Assembly: GCA_032718475.1 (NCBI GenBank)
Contig: JAUCBJ010005891.1
Location: 1-64,000, forward strand
Direction of reading: 5' to 3'
DNA from: Nemertoderma westbladi
Lineage: Eukaryota > Animalia > Xenacoelomorpha
Length of the DNA: 64,000 bases
Every line of letters begins with the position of its first letter. Positions within the stretch are counted from its first letter, which is position 1. Below the pieces are notes generated by a model. That model searched no databases. It was not told the DNA's origin and saw only the letters and a program-made list of their open reading frames with translations. Made by a program: the position numbers and the translations under genes. This document shows, piece after piece, positions 23,811 to 36,632 of this stretch.

Positions 23811-26303
23811 TAATGCACTAATTTAATCTGCATGGCAAAATTACCCCCTCGCCATGTACTGTTAGTATATCTTTATGTGACCCTTAGCGCGGTTTATATC
23901 ACTTTATATGACAGGGAAGGGAACGTCAACCTAAGCCGCCCACATAACCAAAGTACTTTACCAACCACTATATGTGGGGGGGGGGGGGGGGGGGGGTCCA
24001 ATGAATTAGCAATATAAAATGCACCAGCAGATAGCATCTATTCACCCAAACAATTCCACGCATTTATAAAAATGTATATTTATATACGAAATTCACAGAT
24101 ACAAACGAAACATCTTTATCTCGTGAAAATAATATGTACATAAATGTTAAGAAATTGAAATCAAACAGATAGAAAAATTATATCAAAGAAGTAAAATAAC
24201 AACTTGACTCCTATTCATGTTAAAATATCTAATAAATAGATTTAATTAAATATGAAAAAAAAGTTCAGTTCAAAATAAACAGCAAATTATTAAGCTTGGA
24301 AACTCAAAAAATAATAAATACTCAACAGACTATTTATACAAAAATTAAAAGAACTACAAGTATAAGTAAGAGTAATAATAACAAGCAAATACAAGTAAAC
24401 CGAAGTATTCACTATCTATATCACAATCACCCTTAATATACCAAAAAGTTTTTTACAATCCCCATCAGCCCCCCCCCCCCCCCCCCCATAATTTTTTTCA
24501 GAATGCGACGAATAATACATCCGAGAAGTAACTTTATAATTATTTATTACATGGGAAAAAGAGTTGAACTTTTTTTTTCATTATTCTCGAGGCATTTAAT
24601 TTACCGAGCGTCAGCCAGGTTAATAAAGGGTCGAGAGAATATTAAAGAGAGAAGAGGGAATAAATTACCTCCTTGAACACATCTAATAAAATTTAAGAAA
24701 TTCAACCAAAAATATTTTATTTTACTTTTTTCGCCGGGAAAAAAAGTAAAATCAATGGAATCCTATGGGTTACTTTTTTTCCTTCGAGAAAAAATCTCCC
24801 GATTTTGGGGTATATTCGAGAGAAAAAGTAACATTATTTAAGAATAAAACTATTAATTATTAGGCCTATTTAGTTAGAAAGCATTTAAAAGTTTCATTAT
24901 GTGCGTTAGATATTCCGTATGTTTTGGAATTTAATAGTGAAGTTCATTTAAAAGTTTCAGTTTGTTTTTTTCAGTGCGAAATTATTATTATAGAATATTG
25001 TCCAAAAAAAAAATTACGTTTTAAAGATTAAGTCTTAAAGTTGGGGAGGGCAGGGGGCTCTGACTTAGTTAAACAATTTGTTATATTAAAGGTGATTATT
25101 TTTGTATTAATATAATACCAACCTTTAACTAATAGGTACTATTGTAAAACTGAAAAAATCGTTCACTCCTAGTTTTTATTAATAGACACGCGTTAATTAT
25201 TATTAACTGCAATAAACAACGATAGTATCATATTCGTAGACAATGACGTCACCACGGTGGTAGACAAATTTGGAAACGGTGTACCTTAAATGTAAACACT
25301 AATTAATAATTATAATATCTACCTGTGTTAGTTACGTTATATTTAATTAGCAATTACCCTGTAACAAAGATATCATATAAAAATAATATCCAAATACACC
25401 ATAATGATATTGCCGCAATTGCCGATAATTGAATATAATAACGAAATATAACTGTATCTTAGACGTTTAACGACGTTTTATTATCAGTATTTTATTATTA
25501 TTATTGCAAAAATTATTATAAACAATTTAAGTATCTTATATATTATTATTATGAATTCTTATTATTATAGTATATTACATGTTTTATTTATCATCTTTGT
25601 TTGATAAAAAATATGAAATAATTAAATAAAATATCTTATAATATATAACTCGTTAAATTTAATTGATTGATTGATTGAGCACCGTGTGAGTTAGTAAGAA
25701 CTATATTACATACTTTACATGCAGAAACGTCTTTGTCTGTCTAATTATATCCCTATTATCATAAAAAAAAGACGATACGTCTTTTATATTACTACAAAAT
25801 ACGATTTTATAAATTAATACTGGAAAACCCTCAATTAAATAATGCATGAACTGTTCACTTTTTTGTTTATAAAAAGCCCTAAAAATTTTCCTTGTACCCG
25901 ATACCATTGGTTCTAAAATAACTGGAACTGGCCCATAGCATGTATCAGTAAAAAACCGTCAAACAAAGTGTTCATTTATGGTGGCAATTATGTGACAAAT
26001 AAAATACAATTGGTCAACTTATCTCCTCCAAGTAAAAAAGCTATTGCTTGGTGTACGAAAATAGGTTATATATGTTTAATTCTGGGTCTAAAACTAAAAA
26101 TAAAAATAGGGACTGTCAGTGTCACGATGTGAGTTGAGTTACTCTAATTACAAGGGGTGGAAGTAAAATAATATAATATTAGCGTGACAAAAAATGTTAA
26201 TAAAAAATGGATAATAAAATGATATGATTGTGACCGTGGCCGATTGCGCCAGTACACTGCGGTTGCTACGGTTTTGAAGACTTGAGACGGGTTGCTATGG
26301 CTA

Positions 26304-29300
26304 CTAAGGTCTGTGGGATGTGCTGCCTTCATCGTTGTCGCTGTCCCCATCATCCCCACTAAACGCCTCCTCTGGGTCCAAATGTCCCAACTCCTTATTA
26401 TCAAAGATCTTCGGTAGTAAATGGAGCCGCAACGGGACCAATAGGATGAGGAACAAGGGGAAGAAGGGGGCCAAAGGCTTAAAGAGTTTAACACCAACGA
26501 GGAGGAGGAAGCATATGAGTTGTATGAGAGTAAATAAGTGGATCTTCCAATGTCGGACATTTCGTAGGAATGCCGCGTCAGGATGGTGTTTGACAGGCAT
26601 AAAGAAAATCTTTATCCTCTTGAGCATGTGGATTCCGGTGAGGCAAGTGAAGCCGATATAGAGGAAAATACCGAAGAGGACACCATTGGGGATGATGACA
26701 AGGATAGGTTTGAAAAATAGAGAGACACCTATTAGCAAATGGACAAGGATATTTGTGGCTCGTTGCTCTATGACGCAAACTAGTTTGGGCTTCTCTCCGG
26801 GCGCATGGTCTTTTGACATAATCGATAGGGCACCCTGATGAGCGACACAAGATGTGGTCGCTGCACACATCCAGGGCAGACCACAGACCGCACTAAAAGC
26901 CGCTAGCACTCCCACTAGCATCATGTCGAGAAAGTGGCCTGTGCCTTTCCTCAACATTTTGTTTTTGTTGTTGATTATCAGTTCGGTGATCTCCGTTTCC
27001 AGGAAGATGAGACTAAAGGCAAGGAATCCAGGAATGCTGCAGGCCAATATCCAGTACCATGGGAGGTACCTTCCTTTATGACTGACTATCGGATTGATAA
27101 AGAAATCTCTGTTCTCCTTTGATGGGAAGTAAATCCCAGATTCATTTGTGTAGGAGAGTTTTAATTTCTCTGAGTTAATGTAGGTCGGCATCGCGGCCAC
27201 GTCTATGACAACCATAATAATCATTGAGATTGGAATCCCAAAGTCTCCGAGTAGACGGCGAGCGCTTTTTCCCAGGAATCGGCTTCTTCTGAATTGGCTG
27301 AGAAACAATGCGATGAAAAAGGTTCCAAGACAGAGGATCGTGGAGAAGAGTGCATTGTTGGGTACATCATGTACATCCCTGGTGCACCCGTACTCCTTGA
27401 GTGGGCATCCATTATCAGATTGGTAGTCATGGTAGGTTGTGGCTAATGATTTGTCTGCTGGTGAGCAGTAGGCCTCATGGTTTGCTGGAAGAAGAGGGTT
27501 GCACACATAGACCACCCTTAGCCAATCAACAACCTCGTATATAAATATAAAGGAAATTAGGAAAGCAACTATCTCCTCTGTGAAACGGCTCACATAACGT
27601 ATAAAAAAAGCTCCATCACAAGCCACTGTTATTGTACTCATTATAAATATCCAGATCCCTGTCCAAAACCGTATCTGCATGAAGAACTCCTCGAGACAGA
27701 ACTGATCCTTGATGTATTTATAGAGTGATTCTTCAAATACAAGCATAGGGCCTGTGGAGCCGAGAATAATAAAAGGTTGTGCTGAAAACAGACCAAATAT
27801 CACCCCACATACGCTAGTAGAGATTAACATCTCACTTACTCCCATATATTGGTAAGTTTTATCACCTAATAAACCGCCATATGTGATTGCAGAGCAGAAA
27901 CAAGTAAAATAAACAAAAAATAAGGCCACAATAGCTTGCAAATTAAACGCATCTGTGAAGTCTGATGCATAATGAGGGTATCGCTGCTTAATATCAGCAA
28001 TCATACCCCCAAATGCACGGCCAGTTCTCGCTAGAGGGTCCCGTCTTACTACTGCTGGACGAGAGTCCCTTCTTGGCTTCTTTGCATCGCGTCTCATCCG
28101 CCTCGCAGTTCTTTGTCTTCTTAAATTGTTTCGGTTCTGCTGTTTTGTGATTGGCATAAGGAGATCCTTGTCCCACTCACCTGGAGGCAGCACCATTGAT
28201 TCATCGAGAAATTCATTGACAGCACTCAGAAGGTCATCCCGAGAGTTTGCTGTGTAGGCAGCATCATGGAAGAATGAGTCTGACATGAGAGTGGACATGG
28301 AGCGACCAACCTCATGGTAGTCGAGGTTGTAATTTGTAGGTCCCAGGAGGAAGAACATGAACCGGACAGGTATGGGAACCTCTGTTATCTGGGTCAGAGG
28401 AATGGCCTTAGCAAGTCGAATAAATGCCATTACAGGATGTTCTAAGAAATCCACACAACCAACTAAAACATCACAGCATTCTGAGCCAATGGGAATACGA
28501 CGCATAATACCTTGTGATGCGCTGTCCCCAGCAGGAGTTCGACCAACACTCATATTGGACAAGTTTCGAACTAGGGGTGGAACACCACCATTCTGGCCTT
28601 TACCATCAGCCATGTTGATATGTATATCATTAGATTTGGAAATGCTAACATCAAATGAATGTGAGCGTTGCAGTAAATGCTGTGGTGTAGCGGTAGCCCT
28701 GCTTTTCTGATGTTCGCCAACATGGCGATGTTTTAACAACATTGCCCAAATTAATTGAAGGCGATTTTCTTCATCAAGCATTTCATTATTTATCATTTTG
28801 TCGACAATGGTATTAACTATTGTAATCAAGTCATTAACGTCTAGATCTAGCAACATAACACCATATTCTAGACATCGTCGAAAATCTAACAAACTGTGGA
28901 ATGATAAGGAAGCAACATGGGGTTTACCCCATCGCCCACCTTCCTGGGCATCTTCTTCAAATTTAATCCATCTGGCCGTCTCTTTCCATTGTAATTCTCC
29001 ATTATCGGTTTGGTACAACTCATCCAATTCAACAAAAACATTATGTGGTGTATGGTCAAACCCTGCAACCATCTTCTCCTGACGATGCTCTCCCCTCTCT
29101 CTCCACCGGGTTCTGTCCCAATTGCTTCTTTTTTTGCTATTCACATATTGTAAACGTGAATTGTTATGAGATTCAGTAGGCCTAAGTACCTTATTATGAT
29201 CTCCTTTAACAGAATCAACCACAGACAGATGATTATTGTTGTCACGCTTGTGGTGATGATGATGATGGTGTTTTTTCCGGTGATGAATGTCCCGTTCTGG

Positions 29301-30290
29301 TATGAATTGTCGCCCGAGTCTGTGATCTCTTACATCATCATCTTCTTGACTTTCAGATGTGCTGCCCCATGTTTTTGGCGAGATGGGGCTACTGGCCCTA
29401 GAACCATCTTGTTTGCCCTGATAATTAATATCATCAATGTCTCCCTTGGAGTTACTATGATCAATAATAAATGGACCATCAATTCCACCATCATCTTTGT
29501 CCTGTAATTCTTTATTCACCAGCTTAATTGAATCCTTAAATTTTTCAGTATCTCCTTTCACTAGTGGTATATCAATTGGATGATGACTATCTATATCAAG
29601 CATGGGGAATGTATTTCTTCGACTACTACTATCATCGTCGTCATCATCATCATCATTGATAACATTGAGGGCATCCCGACTGAAAGTGACTCCCTTCTTG
29701 TGTGTATTAGGTGATTGCTGTATAACTCCAGGTTGATTTGTCAATCTTGGTATATCATCAGTTTGCTCTTGTTTCCATGGCAAAGGGAACAACAAATTAT
29801 CACATTTTAAATCATCATCACCAAGTATAAACATCGGTTTTTCAGCACCATCCATATTCTCATAGGGGTGTTCAATTGCTGTACTGAGTTTCCTATTGAT
29901 ATTTAGTATCCGAGGATCAACTGAGACACCTGTTCCATGAAATGATTTCATTCTATGATGATTTCGATGGTTTCCAGTAGTGTCAATGCGATGAGAAGAT
30001 ATTTCACCTTCTCGAAATGATCCAAAACTCGAAATGCATCCAGATCCTACCATCTCTTCTGAGATGCTAGCAACCATTTCGTTCAGATTATCTTCAGATT
30101 TAGTTTTGTCGAATGGTGGTGGTTTTTTACGAATGGAGGATTTTTTCACCTGATCTTTTTTTGCCTCTTTTTCATCATCTACATCTTGGATTACAAGAAG
30201 GTCATCAACCTCGGCAGTTTCCTTCGGTATATCGACGCGATTATTTGAACTTCCAGAATATTTACTGTCTGCCTTTGGCTCATGATCCAT
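26304..30290 (-). CDS. Intronless SLC4 family bicarbonate transporter, anion exchanger (AE/band 3)-like, about 1328 aa
   Basis: Single ORF from ATG at 30290 (the ORF track starts at an upstream TTG). Motifs: FVELDEL, WKETARWIKFEE, WGKPHVASLSFHSL, PVRFMFFLLGP, FSAQP..ILGSTGP, SRFTEEI, GDFGIPI, IFLETEIT, VIEQR. His-rich N-terminal tract. Confidence 0.96.
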   Translation of the reverse strand: MDHEPKADSKYSGSSNNRVDIPKETAEVDDLLVIQDVDDEKEAKKDQVKKSSIRKKPPPFDKTKSEDNLNEMVASISEEMVGSGCISSFGSFREGEISSHRIDTTGNHRNHHRMKSFHGTGVSVDPRILNINRKLSTAIEHPYENMDGAEKPMFILGDDDLKCDNLLFPLPWKQEQTDDIPRLTNQPGVIQQSPNTHKKGVTFSRDALNVINDDDDDDDDSSSRRNTFPMLDIDSHHPIDIPLVKGDTEKFKDSIKLVNKELQDKDDGGIDGPFIIDHSNSKGDIDDINYQGKQDGSRASSPISPKTWGSTSESQEDDDVRDHRLGRQFIPERDIHHRKKHHHHHHHKRDNNNHLSVVDSVKGDHNKVLRPTESHNNSRLQYVNSKKRSNWDRTRWRERGEHRQEKMVAGFDHTPHNVFVELDELYQTDNGELQWKETARWIKFEEDAQEGGRWGKPHVASLSFHSLLDFRRCLEYGVMLLDLDVNDLITIVNTIVDKMINNEMLDEENRLQLIWAMLLKHRHVGEHQKSRATATPQHLLQRSHSFDVSISKSNDIHINMADGKGQNGGVPPLVRNLSNMSVGRTPAGDSASQGIMRRIPIGSECCDVLVGCVDFLEHPVMAFIRLAKAIPLTQITEVPIPVRFMFFLLGPTNYNLDYHEVGRSMSTLMSDSFFHDAAYTANSRDDLLSAVNEFLDESMVLPPGEWDKDLLMPITKQQNRNNLRRQRTARRMRRDAKKPRRDSRPAVVRRDPLARTGRAFGGMIADIKQRYPHYASDFTDAFNLQAIVALFFVYFTCFCSAITYGGLLGDKTYQYMGVSEMLISTSVCGVIFGLFSAQPFIILGSTGPMLVFEESLYKYIKDQFCLEEFFMQIRFWTGIWIFIMSTITVACDGAFFIRYVSRFTEEIVAFLISFIFIYEVVDWLRVVYVCNPLLPANHEAYCSPADKSLATTYHDYQSDNGCPLKEYGCTRDVHDVPNNALFSTILCLGTFFIALFLSQFRRSRFLGKSARRLLGDFGIPISMIIMVVIDVAAMPTYINSEKLKLSYTNESGIYFPSKENRDFFINPIVSHKGRYLPWYWILACSIPGFLAFSLIFLETEITELIINNKNKMLRKGTGHFLDMMLVGVLAAFSAVCGLPWMCAATTSCVAHQGALSIMSKDHAPGEKPKLVCVIEQRATNILVHLLIGVSLFFKPILVIIPNGVLFGIFLYIGFTCLTGIHMLKRIKIFFMPVKHHPDAAFLRNVRHWKIHLFTLIQLICFLLLVGVKLFKPLAPFFPLFLILLVPLRLHLLPKIFDNKELGHLDPEEAFSGDDGDSDNDEGSTSHRP

Positions 30291-32899
30291 TTGACTAATA
30301 GGACAAATTCTCAACTAACATTGATTGGGTTAACAATTATGACTTAACCGATAATATATTCTATAACCAATATAATATAATGTGTATAATTATCCATCAG
30401 AGTACCGATAGTATATAAGTCTATAAGTATAAGTCTGACTTTTAAATCCTATTGCTGTATTGCATTGCTGTAGTACTGTAACACCAAACACTGGAAATTA
30501 ATCTACATGTGTAACAGACCACTGGACCATTTATTTTTGTCATTTGTAGCGCTTGTATTTTTCACCAATTAGGGCCTACATTCAGACATTGTTTTTGGGT
30601 ACTTTTCTCGCCCACCTAAGGGGCTATGTTAAAGCAAAAACCAATCTAATTAATAATTTATGTTTTCAGGTTTTAAAAAGTGTATTGAAGAGCCCATGAA
30701 AATGCCCATTTTTGGGGTAGAACTGTTTTTTTACCTTAAAGTGGGCACTTTTTTAAATTTAAAAAAAATGTACAAAAAACTGAAATATAATAAATTTTTA
30801 AATACTTAGTGTGAAGATTCGATATCAAACTTTCATCTAATTATACTTCGTGAATCGTGATACTTCCCCTACAATTATGATGTAAAACGTAGCGGTTTTT
30901 TAAAAAGTATGCCCACATTCGGCTTCGGGCAGTCGGGTGTCGACGGTACCCAAAAAGACAAAAAAAAATTTTTTTCATAAGTAATGTAGCCTATCTAATG
31001 GTGACTATAAGATTTAAGTTAACTGTAAGAAGAGTTTCACTTTTCAGTTTCTTCAAAATAAGCGAGGCCCGTATCGGCCTATTGGCGAATTAATATCCCG
31101 CCTCATGTTAAATTCTTAATTTAGGGGAAGGGCAGAAGGAACGGTTCAGCAGGTTACAGTCTTACAGTGACCCGTTATTTTAACCAAAACAATAAACTAA
31201 ACACAATACAGCAATAGAACAGGTTACCGTTTTATTTTTGAGAGTAACAGAGTAACCTAGCTTTTACTGTTTTATGTGCGTCGAACAGTCTAATTTCACC
31301 TGGCAGCCTGGAGAGGGATGAATGTTTATTGCGTCCAGTTCCCCAGTCTGTCTGTCTGTATACTGCTATAACTTTATCAGTTTATACCTTTTTATAGGAC
31401 TGTAGGATACCGGTATAAATTTTTTGGGTAATATGTCTGTCAGTATTGTGTTTCATTGCTCGATTGCTGTATTGTGTTTTTTGTGTATTTTTGGGGTAAT
31501 TCGTAGGACCGATGGCAGGATGGTGGACCATGGATGGAGAGCTTCTCATATTGCAGTATTGTTCTATTATTTATTACATACATTCAGACAATATACCGGT
31601 ACTGTTATAGGCCTATAAGTTTAATATTTGGTAATCAAATTACAGAATCAGTCTGTCAGTACCGGTACTGCAGTATACCATTACAGCAGTTGGCAGTATA
31701 CTGGTATACAGCACAGCAGTAGGCCTAAGCCTACAGGCCTAGGTCAGTAGGTATTGAGATAACTCAGCAGAAGTGCCGAAATGACCTTCATAAGGCGCAG
31801 AAAGAGTCCCGACTCAAACAGACACAAGTCCCTAAAAGGTGCCACCCTGCTCCATAGCGCGGGAAATTTAAATGATTGAAAGACATGCAATTTGTACTGG
31901 AAAGGGTGGCAGATCAGATCTGCCACCTATATTTTGGCGGTAAATTCAAATCTGTTTTAACATTGAATATATGAATAGAGTAACCCAGGTAGCAAATATA
32001 ATTAACTGCTGAACTGAACGTACCATGGATTAAATGAACGTTCAATTTTCGTTATATTTCGTGAATGAATAGAAAATTGTGAATGTAGTAAAGGTTCACT
32101 TTGCGTAATTTGTATTACCGTCACGCTAATAACTAAAAATGGACGTTGAGTAGCCGTTTGTTAATTGTTGAACAGTTGAATAACCGAATTACCGCTTGTA
32201 CTGAACATGCAATACCGTGATTTGCTTGTACATGAGAAATTGAAATTATATCGCACTGACTGCCAAATGTGTCACTACAAAGCTGCAAAGTCCACATTGT
32301 ACTATTCCCTGTTTCGGTTTAAGTTCCGCATTTAGGATTACAGTTTCTGAGTTAGTAGCGCATTGTATTTTGTCACGAGTTACTAAGAGTAAGAATGTTC
32401 ATTCATAATAATATTTTATCATATTATATGTCATAGACAAATATAGCAGTATAGGCAGAGGCATTATACACCTATTGTTATTACAGTAGGCCTACCTGCG
32501 ATATATTTTACTATCAATTCTCTGCTGTACAGCTGTATATATTTCTTATGAATTACATTACGCAATATTTCTTAGTAGACCTAAATAAGATAATATGTCT
32601 GTAGGCCTGAAGTTTACATTATGAAGTCTACAGCTCTAGCTCCCTGACCTTTAAGTACGTACCCACGTACATACTGCAGCACACTGTGTACAGTTTGTAA
32701 TGGTAATGAATATATTATAATTCTGTAATTAGAATTAACCCCCAAAAATATATCAATTCACAGCGCCTATCTATCATCTATCTACTTAAAATCTACTATT
32801 AATATACTAGGTATAAGTGTATATAATTGTTATAATTATAATGTTCTGATGTAATTATAACTGATACAAGCAAATAATAAATGTTCTTTACTTTCTTTA

Positions 32900-34830
32900 A
32901 ATGTTCTATAGCGGCCAAGAATGCAGTTAAGGCTGCATCTAGGTCCATGACAGCCTGAACAGGCAGTACTCTGCTAATCTACAGGAGCTAATAAACCAAC
33001 AGGTTGATGCCATCAATGATGCTGACTACAGCAGGCAATCATCCCAGGCATGGAAATCGATCAATCTGCTTACTGGGCGGAAAAGCCAACCAACCACCAA
33101 GGTTAAGGCTGAATCACCAGCCGATCGCCTCAATGGTTGGAAAGCCCACTTTGAAAAGCTCCTCAATAATGACAGGGTATTGCCTGATAACTTTATAGAA
33201 GTAAAAGTGTCTGAGTCTGTACTCCCAGATATTCCCATTGGCGATATCTCCTTTGCAGAAGTGAAGGCTGCTGCAAAGAGCATTAAGACCAATCGTGCCA
33301 GTGGAGTAGATGGTGTTCCCCCTGAGGTCTTTAAAATACCTGAGTGTTTAAAGCTCATCTATCCCATCATAGTAGACATGTACCGAACAACAAGAGTCCC
33401 ACAAGAAATGAAAACAAATAAGTTGGTGCCAGTTCCCAAGAAGGGCTACCTAACACTCTATGGTTCTTTTCGGGGAATCTCATTGATCTCGATTGCTGCA
33501 AAGCTATACAATAGGATTCTATTAAATCGCATCAGGGATCCCATTGAGAGACTGCTCCGTGGAAATCAGAATGGGTTCCGTAAAGGTCGTGGGACCATGG
33601 AGCCCATTTTGGCACTTAGAAGGATAATTGAAGAGTTATCAAAAAAGAAAGAAAGGCATCTGGCTGTTATCTTTGTTGACTTCTTCTAGGCCTTTGATTC
33701 AGTCTCTCGTTCACGTATGTTCAGCATACTTTCATTATATGGGATTCCTGATGAAATTATTGCAGCAATCAGATCAGTATACGATGGTTCGACAACATTT
33801 GTGTCTACTGTTGATGGTGACACAGAACCATTTGAAGTGTTATGGGGCGTCCTCCAAGGAGACACACTTGCACCATTCTTGTTCATTATTGTGGTTGACT
33901 ATGTTCTACGCATGTCCTTAGATCATTATAATGATGATGGGGTGATGATAACTCCACCTACTGGCTCCAGAAGTCGAGGAAATCCTGCCAAGTACCTAAC
34001 TGATCTAGACTTTGCTGATGACTTAGGAGTACTCTCAGAATCATTAGAGGGAGCCCAACGGCTCCTCAGCTCATTAGAACATGCTGCTTCTAGTGTTGGT
34101 CTTTTTATTAACTCCAGAAAGACCAAAATTCTGACAGTTAACTTTGAAAGTCCTCAGCAAGTCTCTGATCGGATGAGCATAAGCTCAAAGGATGGTATGC
34201 TTGAGCATGTGGACGACTTCTGTTACCTGGGATCATGGATCCGGAAGTCAGGTGAGGACCTTCGAATACGTAAGGGAAAGGCATGGGCAGCCTTGAATAG
34301 GCTTTCCAGGATTTGGAAGTCACCGAGAATTAATCGGAAACTTAAGGTCCGATTATTTAGAGCAGCAGTAGTTCCAGTACTCCTCTACGGGAGTCCATGC
34401 TGGGCTCTAACTGCTGAGGACACCAAATCTCTGGATGGCACATTCACAAGAATGCTACGCCGGGTTCATTGTGTCAAGTACAATGCACACATCTCCAACC
34501 AGACACTATATAACATTGGAGGTGTCTCATTGGTTCCCCCAAGCTTGACACTAGAACAAAATCGCCTCCGCTTTGCAGGACATTGCTTTCGCCGTGAGGA
34601 CCAGCCAGTGCATAATCTTGTACTTTGGCAGCCTCATGGAGTGAATAAGCATGGTGGACAGCCCATGACTTTCTTGAGACGCATCTTAAAGGACACTGGC
34701 CTTAAAGATGCGGATGATCTAGCAAATGTCATGGGTGATAGGGAGTTGTGGCGGTGCAATTTTGTTGACAAGCCGGCACAGCATTCTTAAAAATGCAGCT
34801 GCAAGGCAGCATGCCGCTACTAGTAGTAGT
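32900..34830 (+). mobile_element. RTE-type non-LTR retrotransposon, 5'-truncated, RT interrupted by a stop
   Basis: RASGVDGVP, FRGISL, NQNGFRKGR, VDFF*AFDS (TAG at 33687), GVLQGDTLAPFLF, DLDFADD, YLGS; short tandem tail. Confidence 0.92.
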
Positions 34831-35362
34831 TATGCTATTGAAAGCCTTTGGTAATCATCATGCTAATCGCGAAGCGAACTTAGATCTTAGGTGAATTTAG
34901 ATCACAATTTATACAAATTCCTTTGCACACGCTAGAGGATAAGCGAACTTAGATCCCATGTGTTGGGCCTACTGTGCGTTTAAAGTAGTTGCGACCCCAG
35001 TGACTCACCAACAAACTACAATTTGCCAATTTATAGCTAATTTGTTGCAATGTATTATGGTGGCTAAGTTCGTTTCCCTTCAAGCGTGATAATATTTACA
35101 GTAAGGTCTGAGCTGGCCAATGGGAATGACATTTCACATTAACACAGCTACAGTACTGCAATATATGCAAGGTGGGATCTAAGTTCGTATGTTTAGGATC
35201 TAAGTTCCCATGGGAAGGATCTAAGTCGTATGGGAAGGATCTAAGTTCGTATGGGAAGGATCTAAGTTCACCCAAGATCTAAGTTTGTTCAGGATCTAAG
35301 GTGCTCTAGGATCTAAAGCCGGGGAACCGGCATAGGCAGATAGGGGTACTGGTGGCATAATA

Positions 35363-36013
35363 CCAATTGGGGTGTCGTTTCAGCCTATTTTAACATATTA
35401 ACTTTAACGAATATTTCGCTATATTACGCAGCGATACCAGAAGGGGGGAGGGACAATATTAATATTTGCAGAGAGTTAGCCAATGTGTTGGCAGGGAAAT
35501 CAGAAATTGTCGGCTTTGAGTATGATGAAGTTAAGCATATGCTTGCCCATGCGTCTTGCTGCTAGGTAAATTTAGATCTAATATTTTATATATTTTTTTT
35601 TTCTTTTGTTGCTGTATTTTTAATATTAATCTGAAATCTATTAAAGTGTCTATTATACCGTCACTTGTTGATCTTACCTTTAATATATATTATTTACCTT
35701 TGTGCTAATCTTTATATGTATACTGTACAATACATACCGGTACGCTGTACGTATATATATACGTTCCGCATCTATACGTTTCATATATATATATATATAA
35801 TGTACGAAAATAAATGAAATTACAATTAAATTAAATTAAATTAAATTAATTTTGATATTCACAATTTAAGGTAGGGCCATCCTTTTAAAGGAAAGTAGTT
35901 TAAAGGAAATTACACAGTTTGGTTTACAGTATAAATTTTACTTCTAGGCACAAATTTTTCAACATTAATTTAAAATTAACCCTATGGGAAGGCTGAAACG
36001 ACACCCCAATTGG
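35363..36013. mobile_element. MITE with perfect 24-bp TIRs
   Basis: ccaattggggtgtcgtttcagcct / aggctgaaacgacaccccaattgg. Confidence 0.8.
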
Positions 36014-36489
36014 CAATTTGCGTAGCGGTGTAGCAGAAAATTTCCTAGTGTATCCCTAGTGTATTCCCTAGTGTACCCCCCCCCCCCCCCCCCCCCCCCC
36101 CCCTTAGAATTCATTTAGGGTATTTTAGCCGGAGCCGGGGGTGAAACTAATCTGGGTGATATTTTAATGAAATTTAACCCCCCCCCCCCCCCCCCCCCCC
36201 CCCTTGGTGTATTCTTACCCCCCATGATATTTAAAATTTCAAATTAATTTAAATTCGATATAAGAGCTTGCAGTTAAGCGAACAGACGACCACATATACC
36301 TCTAGAACACGACAAACACACGCTGAAGATTTGTAGGCCTATATAGTAAAGTACTGCAGAAGACTGGGCTTGAGGAAGTCACATGGCCAATATACACACA
36401 ACTTTGTGCTGTGGCAACTTGCTGGTGAGAATATAGACGTGGTGAACAGCCAATGACTTTCACGACTGTGAGATCTGGTTGGGTGGTAT

Positions 36490-36632
36490 GCTATGTTGGT
36501 GGGTACGCCGGTAGGGGGCGCTATGGTGGTTGGTCCGCCGGTAGGGGGCGCTATGGTGGTGGGTCCGCCGGTAGGGGGCGCTATGTTGGTGGGTACGCCG
36601 GTAGGGGGCGCTATGTTAGTGGGTCCGCCGGC
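36490..36632 (+). repeat. 30-bp GC-rich tandem repeat, about 4.5 copies
   Basis: gctatgttggtgggtacgccggtagggggc. Confidence 0.9.

Noticed and set aside
26320-30298. Plus-strand ORFs overlapping the SLC4 gene
   Set aside because: Antisense shadows; DCTN1 homology is continuous from 19194 to 42388 without them.
30291-30314. TTG start extension of the SLC4 ORF
   Set aside because: Artefact of alternative start codons in the ORF track; the first ATG is at 30290.
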